From UHGV virus genome UHGV-0073224: 18,255 nt of DNA; one strand, 5' to 3'. Origin of the DNA: a virus. The position numbers and the translations under genes were made by a program. Under the pieces are notes generated by a model, which saw nothing but the letters and a program-made list of their open reading frames with translations, ran no database searches and was not told the DNA's origin. Shown here piece by piece: positions 7,391 through 16,299 of the stretch. The stretch's first letter is position 1, and every line of letters begins with the position of its first letter.

Positions 7391-7463
7391 AAATTACAAG
7401 AAAGATTGTATACTGTAAACAAGAAATATTGTAAAAAGAGGCGTGAAAAACAAACTCCGTTGT
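7391..7463 (-). promoter_or_regulatory. pL promoter region with three 434-type operators (OL)
   Basis: Three 14-bp ACAA-N6-TTGT sites: ACAAGAAAGATTGT (7396..7409), ACAAGAAATATTGT (7419..7432), ACAAACTCCGTTGT (7450..7463). Minus-strand -35-like TTTACA (7414..7419) and -10-like TAATTT (7391..7396). Confidence 0.6.
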
Positions 7464-7513
7464 TTTTAAACGGAAAATAGTTTGTTTTTTGGTTATCGAG
7501 ATTGAGGTGGGGA

Positions 7514-8866
<1,353 letters not shown>

Positions 8867-8874
8867 GACATTCC

Positions 8875-8906
8875 CGCTCTTACACATCCCCGCCCTGAAA
8901 AAGGGC
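8875..8906 (+). promoter_or_regulatory. nutR: nutR site (boxA CGCTCTTAC, boxB GCCCTGAAAAAGGGC)
   Basis: boxA at 8875..8883 and boxB hairpin at 8892..8906, followed by the lambda-like tR1 and cII leader. Confidence 0.75.
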
Positions 8907-8985
8907 ATCAAATTAAACCACACCTATGGTGTATGCATTTATTTGCATACATTCAATCAATTGTTATCTAAGGAAATACTTACAT

Positions 8986-9264
8986 ATGCAACTTACAAGT
9001 ACTCGCAAGAAAGCGAATGCAATTACAAGCAACATCCTGAATCGAATTGCTGTACGTGGTCAGCGAAAGGTTGCCGACGCGTTAGGGATTAATGAATCGC
9101 AAATTTCGCGATGGAAAGATAGCTTCATCCCCAAAATGGGAATGCTTCTGGCTGTTCTTGAATGGGGTGTTGAAGACGAGGAGTTGGCGGAACTGGCTAA
9201 GAAAGTAGCCAGAATGCTGACAAAAGAAAAAGCCCCGAAGAACGGCGAATTCTTCGAGGCCTGA
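8986..9264 (+). CDS. cII: CII-like transcriptional activator (P22 C1-like rather than lambda CII)
   Basis: Track ORF 8926..9264; ATG at 8986 with AAGGA RBS; MQLTSTRKKANAITSNILNRIAVRGQRKVADALGINESQISRWK...LLAVLEWGV with the CII HTH motif. Confidence 0.8.
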   Translation: MQLTSTRKKANAITSNILNRIAVRGQRKVADALGINESQISRWKDSFIPKMGMLLAVLEWGVEDEELAELAKKVARMLTKEKAPKNGEFFEA

Positions 9265-9298
9265 TGTAGAAAGACTGGATCAATCCACAGGAGTAATT

Positions 9299-9943
9299 AT
9301 GACATACGAAAATGACAAATTCCAGGTTCTGAAGAGCATGAAGGTGCCAGATGATTTTAAATCAAATGGCTTTGTTTATGTGCTTTCTAATGAGTGCATG
9401 CCAGGAATTTATAAGATTGGGATGACTAAGCATTCACCAGAAGTTAGGGCTAAAGAAATTTCAGCCTCTACTGGCGTTCCTAAGCCATTTAAGGTGATAG
9501 CAGCCTTTCATTCAAATAATCCCGCATCAGATGAAAAACTCATGCATAAAGCCTTTGCAAAAGAGAGGCTTAGTGATAATCGAGAGTTTTTCAAGCTTGA
9601 AGATAATGAGCTTTCTGAATCTCTAAATGAAATAAGGGCGCTGGTTGGCCCTGAAAGAAATGGCGAGACGGCAGAATACGCAATTTACGACTCATTCATT
9701 TCTTTTCGCCATGAAAATGAGCTTGATCTTAATGAGGAGCTTATAGAGCAAGGTCTGGGTAGTGTAGTTGGTCATCTTCCTGCGGTGAAAAATTTCCTTA
9801 TTCGCGCCGGAATTGATTACGCGAAGCAACTGATAAGCAAATATAACTCATCGATAGTTATTAATACAGATGGCAGTGTGGTGATGGTTAAGTCTCTTGA
9901 AGCCCAATGCTTTGATGCGGAGGTTGGAAATGAGCCTGGCTGA
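9299..9943 (+). CDS. T5orf172 (GIY-YIG-like) domain protein inserted between cII and the replication genes
   Basis: Track ORF 214 aa; AGGAG RBS; N-terminal region GFVYVLSNECMPGIYKIGMTKHSPEVRAKEIS...PFKVIAAFH...EKLMHKAFAKERL...REFF fits the recalled T5orf172/MUG113 pattern. C-terminal half unassigned. Confidence 0.6.
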   Translation: MTYENDKFQVLKSMKVPDDFKSNGFVYVLSNECMPGIYKIGMTKHSPEVRAKEISASTGVPKPFKVIAAFHSNNPASDEKLMHKAFAKERLSDNREFFKLEDNELSESLNEIRALVGPERNGETAEYAIYDSFISFRHENELDLNEELIEQGLGSVVGHLPAVKNFLIRAGIDYAKQLISKYNSSIVINTDGSVVMVKSLEAQCFDAEVGNEPG

Positions 9944-10772
9944 AGTATTTTACCTGTCGAAGAGTGAACCTGTTGAACAGGAGCGAAGAGTGGCTGATAT
10001 CGATGATGGTTACACCAGATTCGCTAACGAGCTGCTGGAAGCTATCGCAAGTGCTGATTTAACCGCTCGCCAGTTGAAAGTTATGCTGGCCTACGTCCGG
10101 AAAACATATGGATTCAATAAGAAAACAGATCGAATAGCCGATGAGCAAATTGCTCAGTTAACAGGACTGTCAAGGCAGAATGTTAACAAGGCTAAAAAAG
10201 AACTGATTTCAATGAATTGCCTGTTTATGGATGGAAATCAAATCGGTGTAAACAGTGAGGTATCTGCGTGGCAATTCAGCAAGTGTCTCCAAGTTAGCAA
10301 CTTTGTCTCGAAGTTAGAGACAAAAAATGTCTCCAAATTAGAGACACTCAATGTCTCGAAGTTAGAGACACACAAAAGACATTCTTTAAAGACAAAAGAA
10401 AATATTAATAAACCCCCTATATCCCCCAAAAAAGTTTCTCAGAAGTTCGACCCGCTAGAAACAGAGTTGCCTGATTGGTTATCAGCAGAAACATGGTTGT
10501 CGTGGGTTACCTATCGCAAGGAGATAGGTAAGTCGATCAAGTCTAAGCAAAGTGTCACTCAGGCTATCAACGTTCTAAGCAGAAGTCTGGAGAAGGGATA
10601 TACACCTGAAGAAATTATAAACCAGAGCATCGCCAGTGGTTGGCAGGGGATTTTTGAACCCAAGACTCCAAAGGGGAAATCTCAACCGAGGCCGCAGCAG
10701 CGAGCTATGCAGGAAAACTTTGCCGCCAAAGATTACGGGCAAACTGAAATGCCTTCATGGGCGCAGGAGTGA
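9930..10772 (+). CDS. replication initiator, lambda O type (N-terminal origin-binding domain; divergent C-terminus)
   Basis: Track ORF 9897..10772 begins at a TTG; ATG (MSLAEVFYL) at 9930 with GGAGG RBS; ...GYTRFANELLEAIASADLTARQLKVMLAYVRKTYGFNKK... is O-N-terminal-like; origin iterons lie inside the gene. Confidence 0.8.
   Translation: MSLAEVFYLSKSEPVEQERRVADIDDGYTRFANELLEAIASADLTARQLKVMLAYVRKTYGFNKKTDRIADEQIAQLTGLSRQNVNKAKKELISMNCLFMDGNQIGVNSEVSAWQFSKCLQVSNFVSKLETKNVSKLETLNVSKLETHKRHSLKTKENINKPPISPKKVSQKFDPLETELPDWLSAETWLSWVTYRKEIGKSIKSKQSVTQAINVLSRSLEKGYTPEEIINQSIASGWQGIFEPKTPKGKSQPRPQQRAMQENFAAKDYGQTEMPSWAQE
10284..10370. repeat. replication origin iterons: four 19-bp palindromic repeats inside the initiator gene, followed by an AT-rich stretch
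   Basis: TGTCTCCAAGTTAGCAAC, TGTCTCGAAGTTAGAGACA, TGTCTCCAAATTAGAGACA, TGTCTCGAAGTTAGAGACA at about 22-bp spacing, then AAAGAAAATATTAATAAA. Encodes the repeated VSKLET motif. Confidence 0.7.
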
Positions 10773-10774
10773 AT

Positions 10775-11668
10775 ATGAATACGACAAATGGTTACAATCT
10801 GGCACTGCAAAGGCAACTTGTAGACTCAAAAATCAATGACATTTCTGATCTGAAACAGAAACTTGAGTTTAGCAAAATTGGATCAGCATCAGATGGAATG
10901 TCAGTTACCAGCACAGTGGAAGAGTGCGAGAAACACGGTAAATATACTTCCTATGAGAAATATCTGACCATCTCAGGAAAAAGAATTACTTCAAGTAAAT
11001 CTGAGTGCCCACAGTGCCTTGAGGAGAAAATTCGTAAGAAAGAGATTGAACGTGAGCAGGCAGAACAAAGAGCAAGACAATCAAAAATTGAATATTTGTT
11101 GAATTCTCTCAATATTCCAGAGAGGTTCAAAAATTGCACTCTTCAGAATTATGAGCCTGTTAACGATGATGCAAAGCGAGTTCTTAAGGTATGCCAGGCA
11201 TATGCCAGTAAGTGGCCTGAACGCCTTCAGAAAGGTGGCGGACTGGTCATGTGTGGTAAGCCTGGAACTGGAAAGAACCACCTTGCACTGGCTATCGCTA
11301 GGCACGCCATTATCGAGCATCAAAGCTCTGTGATATTTACCACTGCGTTGAAAATTGCCAGAGAGTACAAATCAACATGGTCTAAGGCCGCAACCAGAAC
11401 TGAAGAAGAAGTCATTAGGCAATTTACGCATCCTGACTTGTTAATAATCGATGAGGTTGGCGTGCAGTTCGGCAGTGATGCTGAAAAGCTAATCATGTTC
11501 GAAATTATCAACACCAGATATGAATACATGAAGCCAACAATCCTGATTAGTAATCAGAGCAAAGATGAACTTTCGGCATTCATTGGTGAGCGTGTTATTG
11601 ACAGGATGAATGATGGCGGCGGATGCACCCTTGCGTTTACATGGGATAGTTACAGGAGCAGATCGTGA
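10775..11668 (+). CDS. DnaC-like (IstB-type AAA+) helicase loader
   Basis: Track ORF 10757..11668; ATG (MNTTNGYN) at 10775, 2 nt after the initiator stop; Walker A GKPGTGKNHLA and Walker B LLIIDEVG. Confidence 0.85.
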   Translation: MNTTNGYNLALQRQLVDSKINDISDLKQKLEFSKIGSASDGMSVTSTVEECEKHGKYTSYEKYLTISGKRITSSKSECPQCLEEKIRKKEIEREQAEQRARQSKIEYLLNSLNIPERFKNCTLQNYEPVNDDAKRVLKVCQAYASKWPERLQKGGGLVMCGKPGTGKNHLALAIARHAIIEHQSSVIFTTALKIAREYKSTWSKAATRTEEEVIRQFTHPDLLIIDEVGVQFGSDAEKLIMFEIINTRYEYMKPTILISNQSKDELSAFIGERVIDRMNDGGGCTLAFTWDSYRSRS

Positions 11669-11955
11669 CTGGAAAAGAAATCATCCTGGAATATCTGAAA
11701 ACTCATGAACAATTCTCCCCACATGAATTAGCTCTGATCACCGGAATACCAAATAACAGAATCGCTCAAGCAGCAAGGCATATGGTGAAACAAGGGCATT
11801 TGAGTGTTGTTGAGCGTAAGTGGAAGACGGTTATTTATGCGAAACGCAAAGTGAAGAAGGAGCCAATTAAAAGAAATCCAGATGGTACGGGGTGGGGATG
11901 TGCAAATCCAATGACGGCGTTTATTAATAGGGCGCTTATGGAGGTAAGGCAATGA
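11665..11955 (+). CDS. ren: Ren-like protein
   Basis: Track ORF 96 aa beginning MTGKEIILEYLKTHEQF..., same length and N-terminal pattern as recalled lambda Ren; first gene after the replication genes. Confidence 0.65.
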   Translation: MTGKEIILEYLKTHEQFSPHELALITGIPNNRIAQAARHMVKQGHLSVVERKWKTVIYAKRKVKKEPIKRNPDGTGWGCANPMTAFINRALMEVRQ

Positions 11956-12221
11956 ATAAAAAACAATTAGCCATTCTCGAAAAGGCATGGGATGCACAAA
12001 TATCATGCGCTTTGAAAGAACAGGCACTACCAATAATCCAGACCAAATCGAAAATAGCCAGGCAGTTATGCGATGACGGATTCCTGAACGAAGTTGAGAT
12101 TACGCGCCAGATGGTAACGTTCAAAGGGTATGAGATAAATCATCATGGTATAGCGGCGTATTGCTCCCACCTTCCTGATGACGTTGACATTGATGAAATG
12201 GAAAGGGAGATGAAGCAATGA
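11952..12221 (+). CDS. hypothetical nin-region protein (89 aa)
   Basis: Track ORF; ATG overlaps the ren stop (ATGA). Confidence 0.5.
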   Translation: MNKKQLAILEKAWDAQISCALKEQALPIIQTKSKIARQLCDDGFLNEVEITRQMVTFKGYEINHHGIAAYCSHLPDDVDIDEMEREMKQ

Positions 12222-12304
12222 CCATCTACATCACTGAGCTAATAACAGGCCTGCTGGTAATCGCAGGCCTTTTTATTTGGGGGAGAGGGAATTGGAGGCT
12301 TTAA
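12218..12304 (+). CDS. candidate 28-aa hydrophobic peptide ORF
   Basis: Not on track; MTIYITELITGLLVIAGLFIWGRGNWRL; ATG overlaps the upstream stop (ATGA) but the coding sequence spans the terminator hairpin, so it may be spurious. Confidence 0.25.
   Translation: MTIYITELITGLLVIAGLFIWGRGNWRL
12247..12278 (+). terminator. intrinsic terminator-like hairpin in the nin region (tR2-like)
   Basis: AGGCCTGC-TGGTAATC-GCAGGCCT (8-bp stem) followed by TTTTATTT. Confidence 0.45.
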
Positions 12305-12307
12305 GAA

Positions 12308-12523
12308 ATGAGTACGATAGCTGAGCTTGTCAGGGCTAATTTTCGTGAAGAGTTGGTGCGTTGGTATCGGTATCGTTCATCGTCCAGTTTGCCGATTGAT
12401 GAGTTGTATGAGCATTCACCTGCTGCACGACGCTATCCGCGTGACCGTGTTCTTCGACGGTTGTCCAAACTCAACAATGAGTTTCAGCGCAACAGAATTA
12501 TTCGGAGTCTGGATTTAAAGTAA
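12308..12523 (+). CDS. hypothetical nin-region protein (71 aa)
   Basis: Track ORF; GGAGG about 9 nt upstream of the ATG. Confidence 0.45.
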   Translation: MSTIAELVRANFREELVRWYRYRSSSSLPIDELYEHSPAARRYPRDRVLRRLSKLNNEFQRNRIIRSLDLK

Positions 12524-12527
12524 AGGA

Positions 12528-12740
12528 GTGAGCATGACAAATCAGCAGCAAATAGAGTTCATCCTTGAGCAGATTCGAAAAATGCGAGAAAAGAACCAGC
12601 CAGACATGATGGAAATATGGAGACGCCAGCAGGAAGAATACCGCAAGCATATTTTTGGTGAGAGAAAACAGGATGACTGGAGCCTATATGGCTATGGCAC
12701 CAGGACAAATAAAAACGGATATAGCATTTACACATATTGA
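12528..12740 (+). CDS. hypothetical nin-region protein (70 aa)
   Basis: Track ORF; tightly packed with neighbours; AGGAG upstream. Confidence 0.45.
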   Translation: MSMTNQQQIEFILEQIRKMREKNQPDMMEIWRRQQEEYRKHIFGERKQDDWSLYGYGTRTNKNGYSIYTY

Positions 12741-12748
12741 GGAATTCC

Positions 12749-13159
12749 ATGAAACAGACAATTTTCCTCAGGAGTAAGCAACAACAGCAAGCCGCAATCA
12801 CCGCCATCCTCGCAACACCACTCGATAAAGACAAGCCAGTTACCATCCGCATTACTGACTACAAGCGCAACCTTGACCAGAACGCAAAATTTCACGCGAT
12901 GCTGGCGGATATCGCAAGTCAGGTTCAATGGTGCGGCAAATGGTTAAAACCAGAACAATGGAAGGTTTTGTTGATAAGCGGTCATGCAGTGGCAACAAAG
13001 CAGGAAGCTGATGTTTTGCCCGGGCTTGAAGGCGAATACGTCAACATTCGCGAAAGTAGCGCGCAGATGAGCGTGAAGCGCATGGCAAGCCTGATTGAGT
13101 ACACGACAGCATGGGCTATTGGTCAGGGTGTCAGATTTACCGACAGGAGGTACGAATGA
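12749..13159 (+). CDS. ninB: NinB (Orf-family recombination mediator)
   Basis: Track ORF 12737..13159; ATG at 12749 with GAGGAA RBS; motifs [13 protein letters not shown] and QVQWCGKWL match the recalled NinB pattern. Confidence 0.8.
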   Translation: MKQTIFLRSKQQQQAAITAILATPLDKDKPVTIRITDYKRNLDQNAKFHAMLADIASQVQWCGKWLKPEQWKVLLISGHAVATKQEADVLPGLEGEYVNIRESSAQMSVKRMASLIEYTTAWAIGQGVRFTDRRYE

Positions 13160-13338
13160 GACGACAGCGACGAAGCATCACCGACATCATCTGCGAAAAC
13201 TGCAAATACCTTCCAACGAAGCGCTCCAGAAATAAACGCAAGCCAATCCCAAAAGAATCTGACGTAAAAACCTTCAACTACACGGCTCACCTGTGGGATA
13301 TCCGGTGGCTAAGAGAACGTGCGAGGAAAACAAGGTGA
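13156..13338 (+). CDS. ninE: NinE
   Basis: Internal ATG of track ORF 13111..13338; [60 protein letters not shown] matches recalled lambda NinE; overlaps the ninB stop. Confidence 0.8.
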   Translation: MRRQRRSITDIICENCKYLPTKRSRNKRKPIPKESDVKTFNYTAHLWDIRWLRERARKTR

Positions 13339-13505
13339 TTGACCAAAATCGAAGTTACGAACAAGGAAGTGTCGAGCGAGCTTTAACGTGCGCTAACTGC
13401 GGTCAGAAGCTGCATGTGCTGGAAGTTCACGTGTGTGAGCACTGCTGTGCAGAACTGATGAGCGATCCGAATAGCTCAATGTACGAGGAAGAAGACGATG
13501 AATGA
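13335..13505 (+). CDS. ninF: NinF (Cys-rich)
   Basis: GTG start overlapping the ninE stop; [47 protein letters not shown] matches recalled NinF. Confidence 0.7.
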   Translation: MIDQNRSYEQGSVERALTCANCGQKLHVLEVHVCEHCCAELMSDPNSSMYEEEDDE

Positions 13506-14220
13506 GTTAATAAATGGCAATGCCATCAAAATGACAAGCATTGAAATCGCTGAGTTGGTGGGTAAGCGTCATGACAATGTGAAACGTACCATCGAAACAC
13601 TGGCTAAAAATGGTGTTATCCGGCTTCCTCAAATTGAGGTTTCCGAAAGAATCAATAACTTAGGGTTCAATGTTCAGTACGAGCATTACGTCTTCGAAGG
13701 CGAACAAGGTAAGCGAGATAGTATTGTTGTTGTTGCCCAGTTGTCGCCAGAGTTCACCGCTCGCCTTGTTGACCGCTGGCGAGATCTTGAAGACGCTGCG
13801 GTTAATATCCCCAAAACGCTACCAGAAGCGTTGCGCCTTGCTGCTGACCTTGCTGAGCAGAAAATGCAACTGGAAAACCAGCTCGCAATTGCCGCACCTA
13901 AAGTTGAGTTTGCCGATCGAGTTGGCGAAGCCAGCGGAATTTTGATTGGAAACTTTGCAAAGGTTGTCGGTATTGGTCCAAACAAACTGTTTGCGTGGAT
14001 GCGCGATCACAAAATCCTTATTGCTTCAGGTTCCCGGCGCAATGTGCCAATGCAGGAATATATGGATCGCGGCTATTTCACAGTGAAAGAAACAGCGGTC
14101 AATACAAATCACGGAATACAGATATCGTTCACCACAAAAATCACCGGGCGTGGTCAACAGTGGCTGACCAGAAAGCTGCTCGATAACGGAATGCTGAAAG
14201 TAACAGGGGAGGCTGCTTAA
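13498..14220 (+). CDS. Roi-like antirepressor-family protein (Rha-type N-domain plus KilA-C/Ant C-domain)
   Basis: Track ORF 240 aa; C-terminal segment FADRVGEASGILIGNFAKVVGIGPNKLFAWMRDHKILI is typical of the KilAC/Ant domain; nin-region position fits HK022 roi. Confidence 0.7.
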   Translation: MNELINGNAIKMTSIEIAELVGKRHDNVKRTIETLAKNGVIRLPQIEVSERINNLGFNVQYEHYVFEGEQGKRDSIVVVAQLSPEFTARLVDRWRDLEDAAVNIPKTLPEALRLAADLAEQKMQLENQLAIAAPKVEFADRVGEASGILIGNFAKVVGIGPNKLFAWMRDHKILIASGSRRNVPMQEYMDRGYFTVKETAVNTNHGIQISFTTKITGRGQQWLTRKLLDNGMLKVTGEAA

Positions 14221-14510
14221 TGGCCAATCTACGCAAAGAAGCACGCGGCAGAGAATGTCAGGTACGTATTTACGGCGTATGCAATGGCAATCCTGAAACT
14301 ACAGTTCTGGCGCATTACCGGATGGCTGGAATTTGCGGAACGGGAATGAAGCCTGACGACCTGATCGGCGCATGGGCTTGTAGTGACTGCCACGCGGAGA
14401 TCGACCGACGCACAATGATTCTCGACAACAAAGACGCCAGACTTTACCACCTCGAAGGCGTGATCAGGACGCAGGCGATACTGCTGAAGGAGGGGAAGAT
14501 TAAGCCATGA
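14220..14510 (+). CDS. DUF1364 (YbcO/NinX-like) Cys-rich putative nuclease
   Basis: Track ORF 96 aa; ...RGRECQVRIYGVCNGNPETTVLAHYRMAGICGTGMKPDDLIGAWACSDCHAEIDRR... resembles recalled DLP12 YbcO. Confidence 0.7.
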   Translation: MANLRKEARGRECQVRIYGVCNGNPETTVLAHYRMAGICGTGMKPDDLIGAWACSDCHAEIDRRTMILDNKDARLYHLEGVIRTQAILLKEGKIKP

Positions 14511-14869
14511 ACGAATATCAGTTTGTGCTTCCATACCCGCCGTCGGTGAACACCTACTGGCGAAGACGGGGAAGCCAATACTACATCAGCGATAAAGGCC
14601 AGAAATACCGAAAAGACGTTCAGCAAATCATCCGCCAACTCAAGTTAGACATTTTCACCAAATCACGACTCCGCATCAAAGTAATCGCAGACGTTCCAGA
14701 CTCCCGCCGCCGCGACCTCGATAACATCCTGAAAGGTTTACTCGATTCCCTTATCCACGCAGGATTTGCGGAAGACGACGAGCAATTCGATGACATTCGC
14801 GTAATTCGTGGCGTGAAAGTACCAGGCGGACGGCTTGGAATAAAAATCACCGAACTGGAGAACGTATGA
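14507..14869 (+). CDS. rusA: RusA Holliday-junction resolvase
   Basis: Track ORF 120 aa; MNEYQFVLPYPPSVNTYW...RRRDLDN... is the RusA signature. Confidence 0.9.
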   Translation: MNEYQFVLPYPPSVNTYWRRRGSQYYISDKGQKYRKDVQQIIRQLKLDIFTKSRLRIKVIADVPDSRRRDLDNILKGLLDSLIHAGFAEDDEQFDDIRVIRGVKVPGGRLGIKITELENV

Positions 14870-15054
14870 ACGCCACAATTCAAACGATACCAGAGCTTCT
14901 TATCCAGACACGAGGCAATCAGACCGAAGTGGCGAGGATGCTTTCCTGCGCAAGAGGAACAGTGCTCAAGTACAACCGAGACAGCAAAGGCGAGCGTCAC
15001 GTAATAGTTAACGGCGTCCTGATGGTCAAACAGGGCAAGAGGGGAAGACGATGA
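14866..15054 (+). CDS. ninH: NinH-like protein
   Basis: Track ORF 62 aa; ...GNQTEVARMLSCARGTVLKY...VIVNGVLMV... matches the recalled lambda NinH pattern. Confidence 0.7.
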   Translation: MNATIQTIPELLIQTRGNQTEVARMLSCARGTVLKYNRDSKGERHVIVNGVLMVKQGKRGRR

Positions 15055-15539
15055 GCATAAGAGAAATAAACCTCACCAAAGAACAGCACGATTGGCTGAA
15101 TGGCTGGCTTGAACTGTGGGGCGCATGGGTTTATTCAGGTCGTCTGGAAAAGCGCATGAGCAGCGTAATAGCGAAGTTCATGGAGAGCGTAGAGCCGGGA
15201 AGAGTTATGACAAGGCCAATGTGTAATGATGATGATGGAATGTTGATTTCTCAGGTCGTCGATTCCGTCATGTGCATTGACAAGAAAGCCTTTGGCATCC
15301 TCCTCAGCTACTACGCTCATGGATCTTCCAAGCATGCCATTGCATCTTACTATCATCGTGTCGCAAGACCTCGCAAGATGTTATGCCGGGGCGGCGGGCG
15401 TATTCAAAAACCATCGCTCGCAACCTGTCGCCGGGAAGTTGACGAAATCCTCAATGCTTCGTTGTTTATGATTTACCCAGTTCTGGATAGTGCGTTTAAA
15501 AACCGGAAACGTGTAGAGAAAATTAAACATGTAGCATAG
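15051..15539 (+). CDS. Q: late-gene antiterminator Q
   Basis: Track ORF 162 aa; last gene of the nin region, directly upstream of a promoter-like element; Cys/His-rich core typical of Q-family proteins. Confidence 0.75.
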   Translation: MSIREINLTKEQHDWLNGWLELWGAWVYSGRLEKRMSSVIAKFMESVEPGRVMTRPMCNDDDGMLISQVVDSVMCIDKKAFGILLSYYAHGSSKHAIASYYHRVARPRKMLCRGGGRIQKPSLATCRREVDEILNASLFMIYPVLDSAFKNRKRVEKIKHVA

Positions 15540-15545
15540 AACGTG

Positions 15546-15630
15546 TTGACATCATTGAGCAAATGAGCAACACTATTCGCATAAGCTGCCGTTAGTGACT
15601 CTTAAGTTGCAACGGTGGCTTTTTTTATTT
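15546..15630 (+). promoter_or_regulatory. putative late promoter pR' with a downstream terminator-like hairpin
   Basis: TTGACA at 15546..15551 just after the Q stop; imperfect hairpin GCTGCCGTT...AACGGTGGC followed by TTTTTTTATTT ending about 15630. Confidence 0.35.
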
Positions 15631-15705
15631 GGGTCAGTCGTATAAAGGTCATTACGGAAGGCTGTTAACCTTCTTATCGTGGTTCGAGTCCACGCTGTCC
15701 CGCCA
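15631..15705 (+). tRNA. tRNA-like gene, anticodon GUU (Asn) by manual fold
   Basis: Acceptor GGGTCAG/CTGTCCC, anticodon arm GAAGG-CTGTTAA-CCTTC, T-arm CGTGG-TTCGAGT-CCACG, 3' GCCA. D-arm is non-canonical (3-4 bp stem). Confidence 0.5.
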
Positions 15706-15710
15706 AACAT

Positions 15711-15786
15711 GCTGGTTTAGCTCCAATGGTAGAGCGGTCGCCTTGTAAGTGAATAGGTAGCGGTTCAAATCCGTTAACCGGCACCA
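15711..15786 (+). tRNA. tRNA-like gene, possibly Thr (UGU); anticodon stem imperfect, possible pseudo-tRNA
   Basis: Acceptor GCTGGTT/AACCGGC, D-arm GCTC-CAATGGTA-GAGC, T-arm AGCGG-TTCAAAT-CCGTT, 3' ACCA. Expected anticodon stem GTCGC/GTGAA does not pair; loop CTTGTAA. Confidence 0.4.
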
Positions 15787-15842
15787 AAAACCCAGCCAGG
15801 GTATCTTCAGCCGCAGAGCTGACATTGCCACACCCTAACATT

Positions 15843-15866
15843 CCCGCCTTGAGCGGGTTTTTTATT
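15843..15866 (+). terminator. intrinsic terminator between the tRNA-like genes and the lysis genes
   Basis: CCCGC-CTTGA-GCGGG followed by TTTTTTATTT. Confidence 0.5.
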
Positions 15867-15975
15867 TCAGGCTCACGGGAATCAATCACTACGTGCTTTG
15901 TTGAAAATCCAGCCAGTGAAGCCTGATCCTTTTCATACACACACAGCACCATCCGGAAAATCGGAGGTGAGGCCT

Positions 15976-16299
15976 ATGAAAATGCCATACAAACAAGATT
16001 TCATCGCTGCGCTACTTGCCGCCAAGGAGCAGGGTATTGGTGCAATGCTGGCTTTTATCATGGCGTATCTGCGTGGTCGCTATAACGGCGGCGCGGTAAC
16101 AAAAACGCTAATTGATGCGCTGATGTGCGCGATGATTGCCTGGTTCGTTCGTGACCTTCTGGACTTTATCGGCCTGAGCAGCAACCTCGCCTACATAGCC
16201 AGCGTCTTTATTGGATACATCGGCACCGATTCGATCGGCAATCTGATTAAAAAACTTGCAGCAAAAAAGGCGGGAGTTGACGATGCAAACCAGTCCTGA
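15976..16299 (+). CDS. S: holin, lambda S class I type, with dual-start motif
   Basis: Track ORF 15898..16299 begins at a TTG; ATG at 15976 with GGAGGTGAGG RBS; [39 protein letters not shown]... matches recalled lambda S including the Met1-Lys2-Met3 start. Confidence 0.9.
   Translation: MKMPYKQDFIAALLAAKEQGIGAMLAFIMAYLRGRYNGGAVTKTLIDALMCAMIAWFVRDLLDFIGLSSNLAYIASVFIGYIGTDSIGNLIKKLAAKKAGVDDANQS

Noticed and set aside
7457-7473. Hairpin CCGTT-N7-AACGG just downstream of the cI-coupled gene
   Set aside because: It overlaps the third OL operator and is followed by only a partial T-run, so it cannot be separated from the operator region by sequence alone.
10284-10370. Regularly spaced short repeats that could be taken for a CRISPR array
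   Set aside because: There are only four repeats, each is internally palindromic, the spacers are 3-5 bp, and they sit inside the initiator gene followed by an AT-rich stretch, which is the signature of origin iterons.
10238-10429. Track ORF (63 aa, minus strand) antisense within the initiator gene
   Set aside because: It falls entirely inside the iteron region of a well-supported plus-strand gene and its translation is repeat-driven.
15674-15952. Track ORF (92 aa, minus strand) overlapping the tRNA-like genes and terminator
   Set aside because: It is antisense to two structured RNA elements and an intrinsic terminator; the RNA features explain the sequence better.
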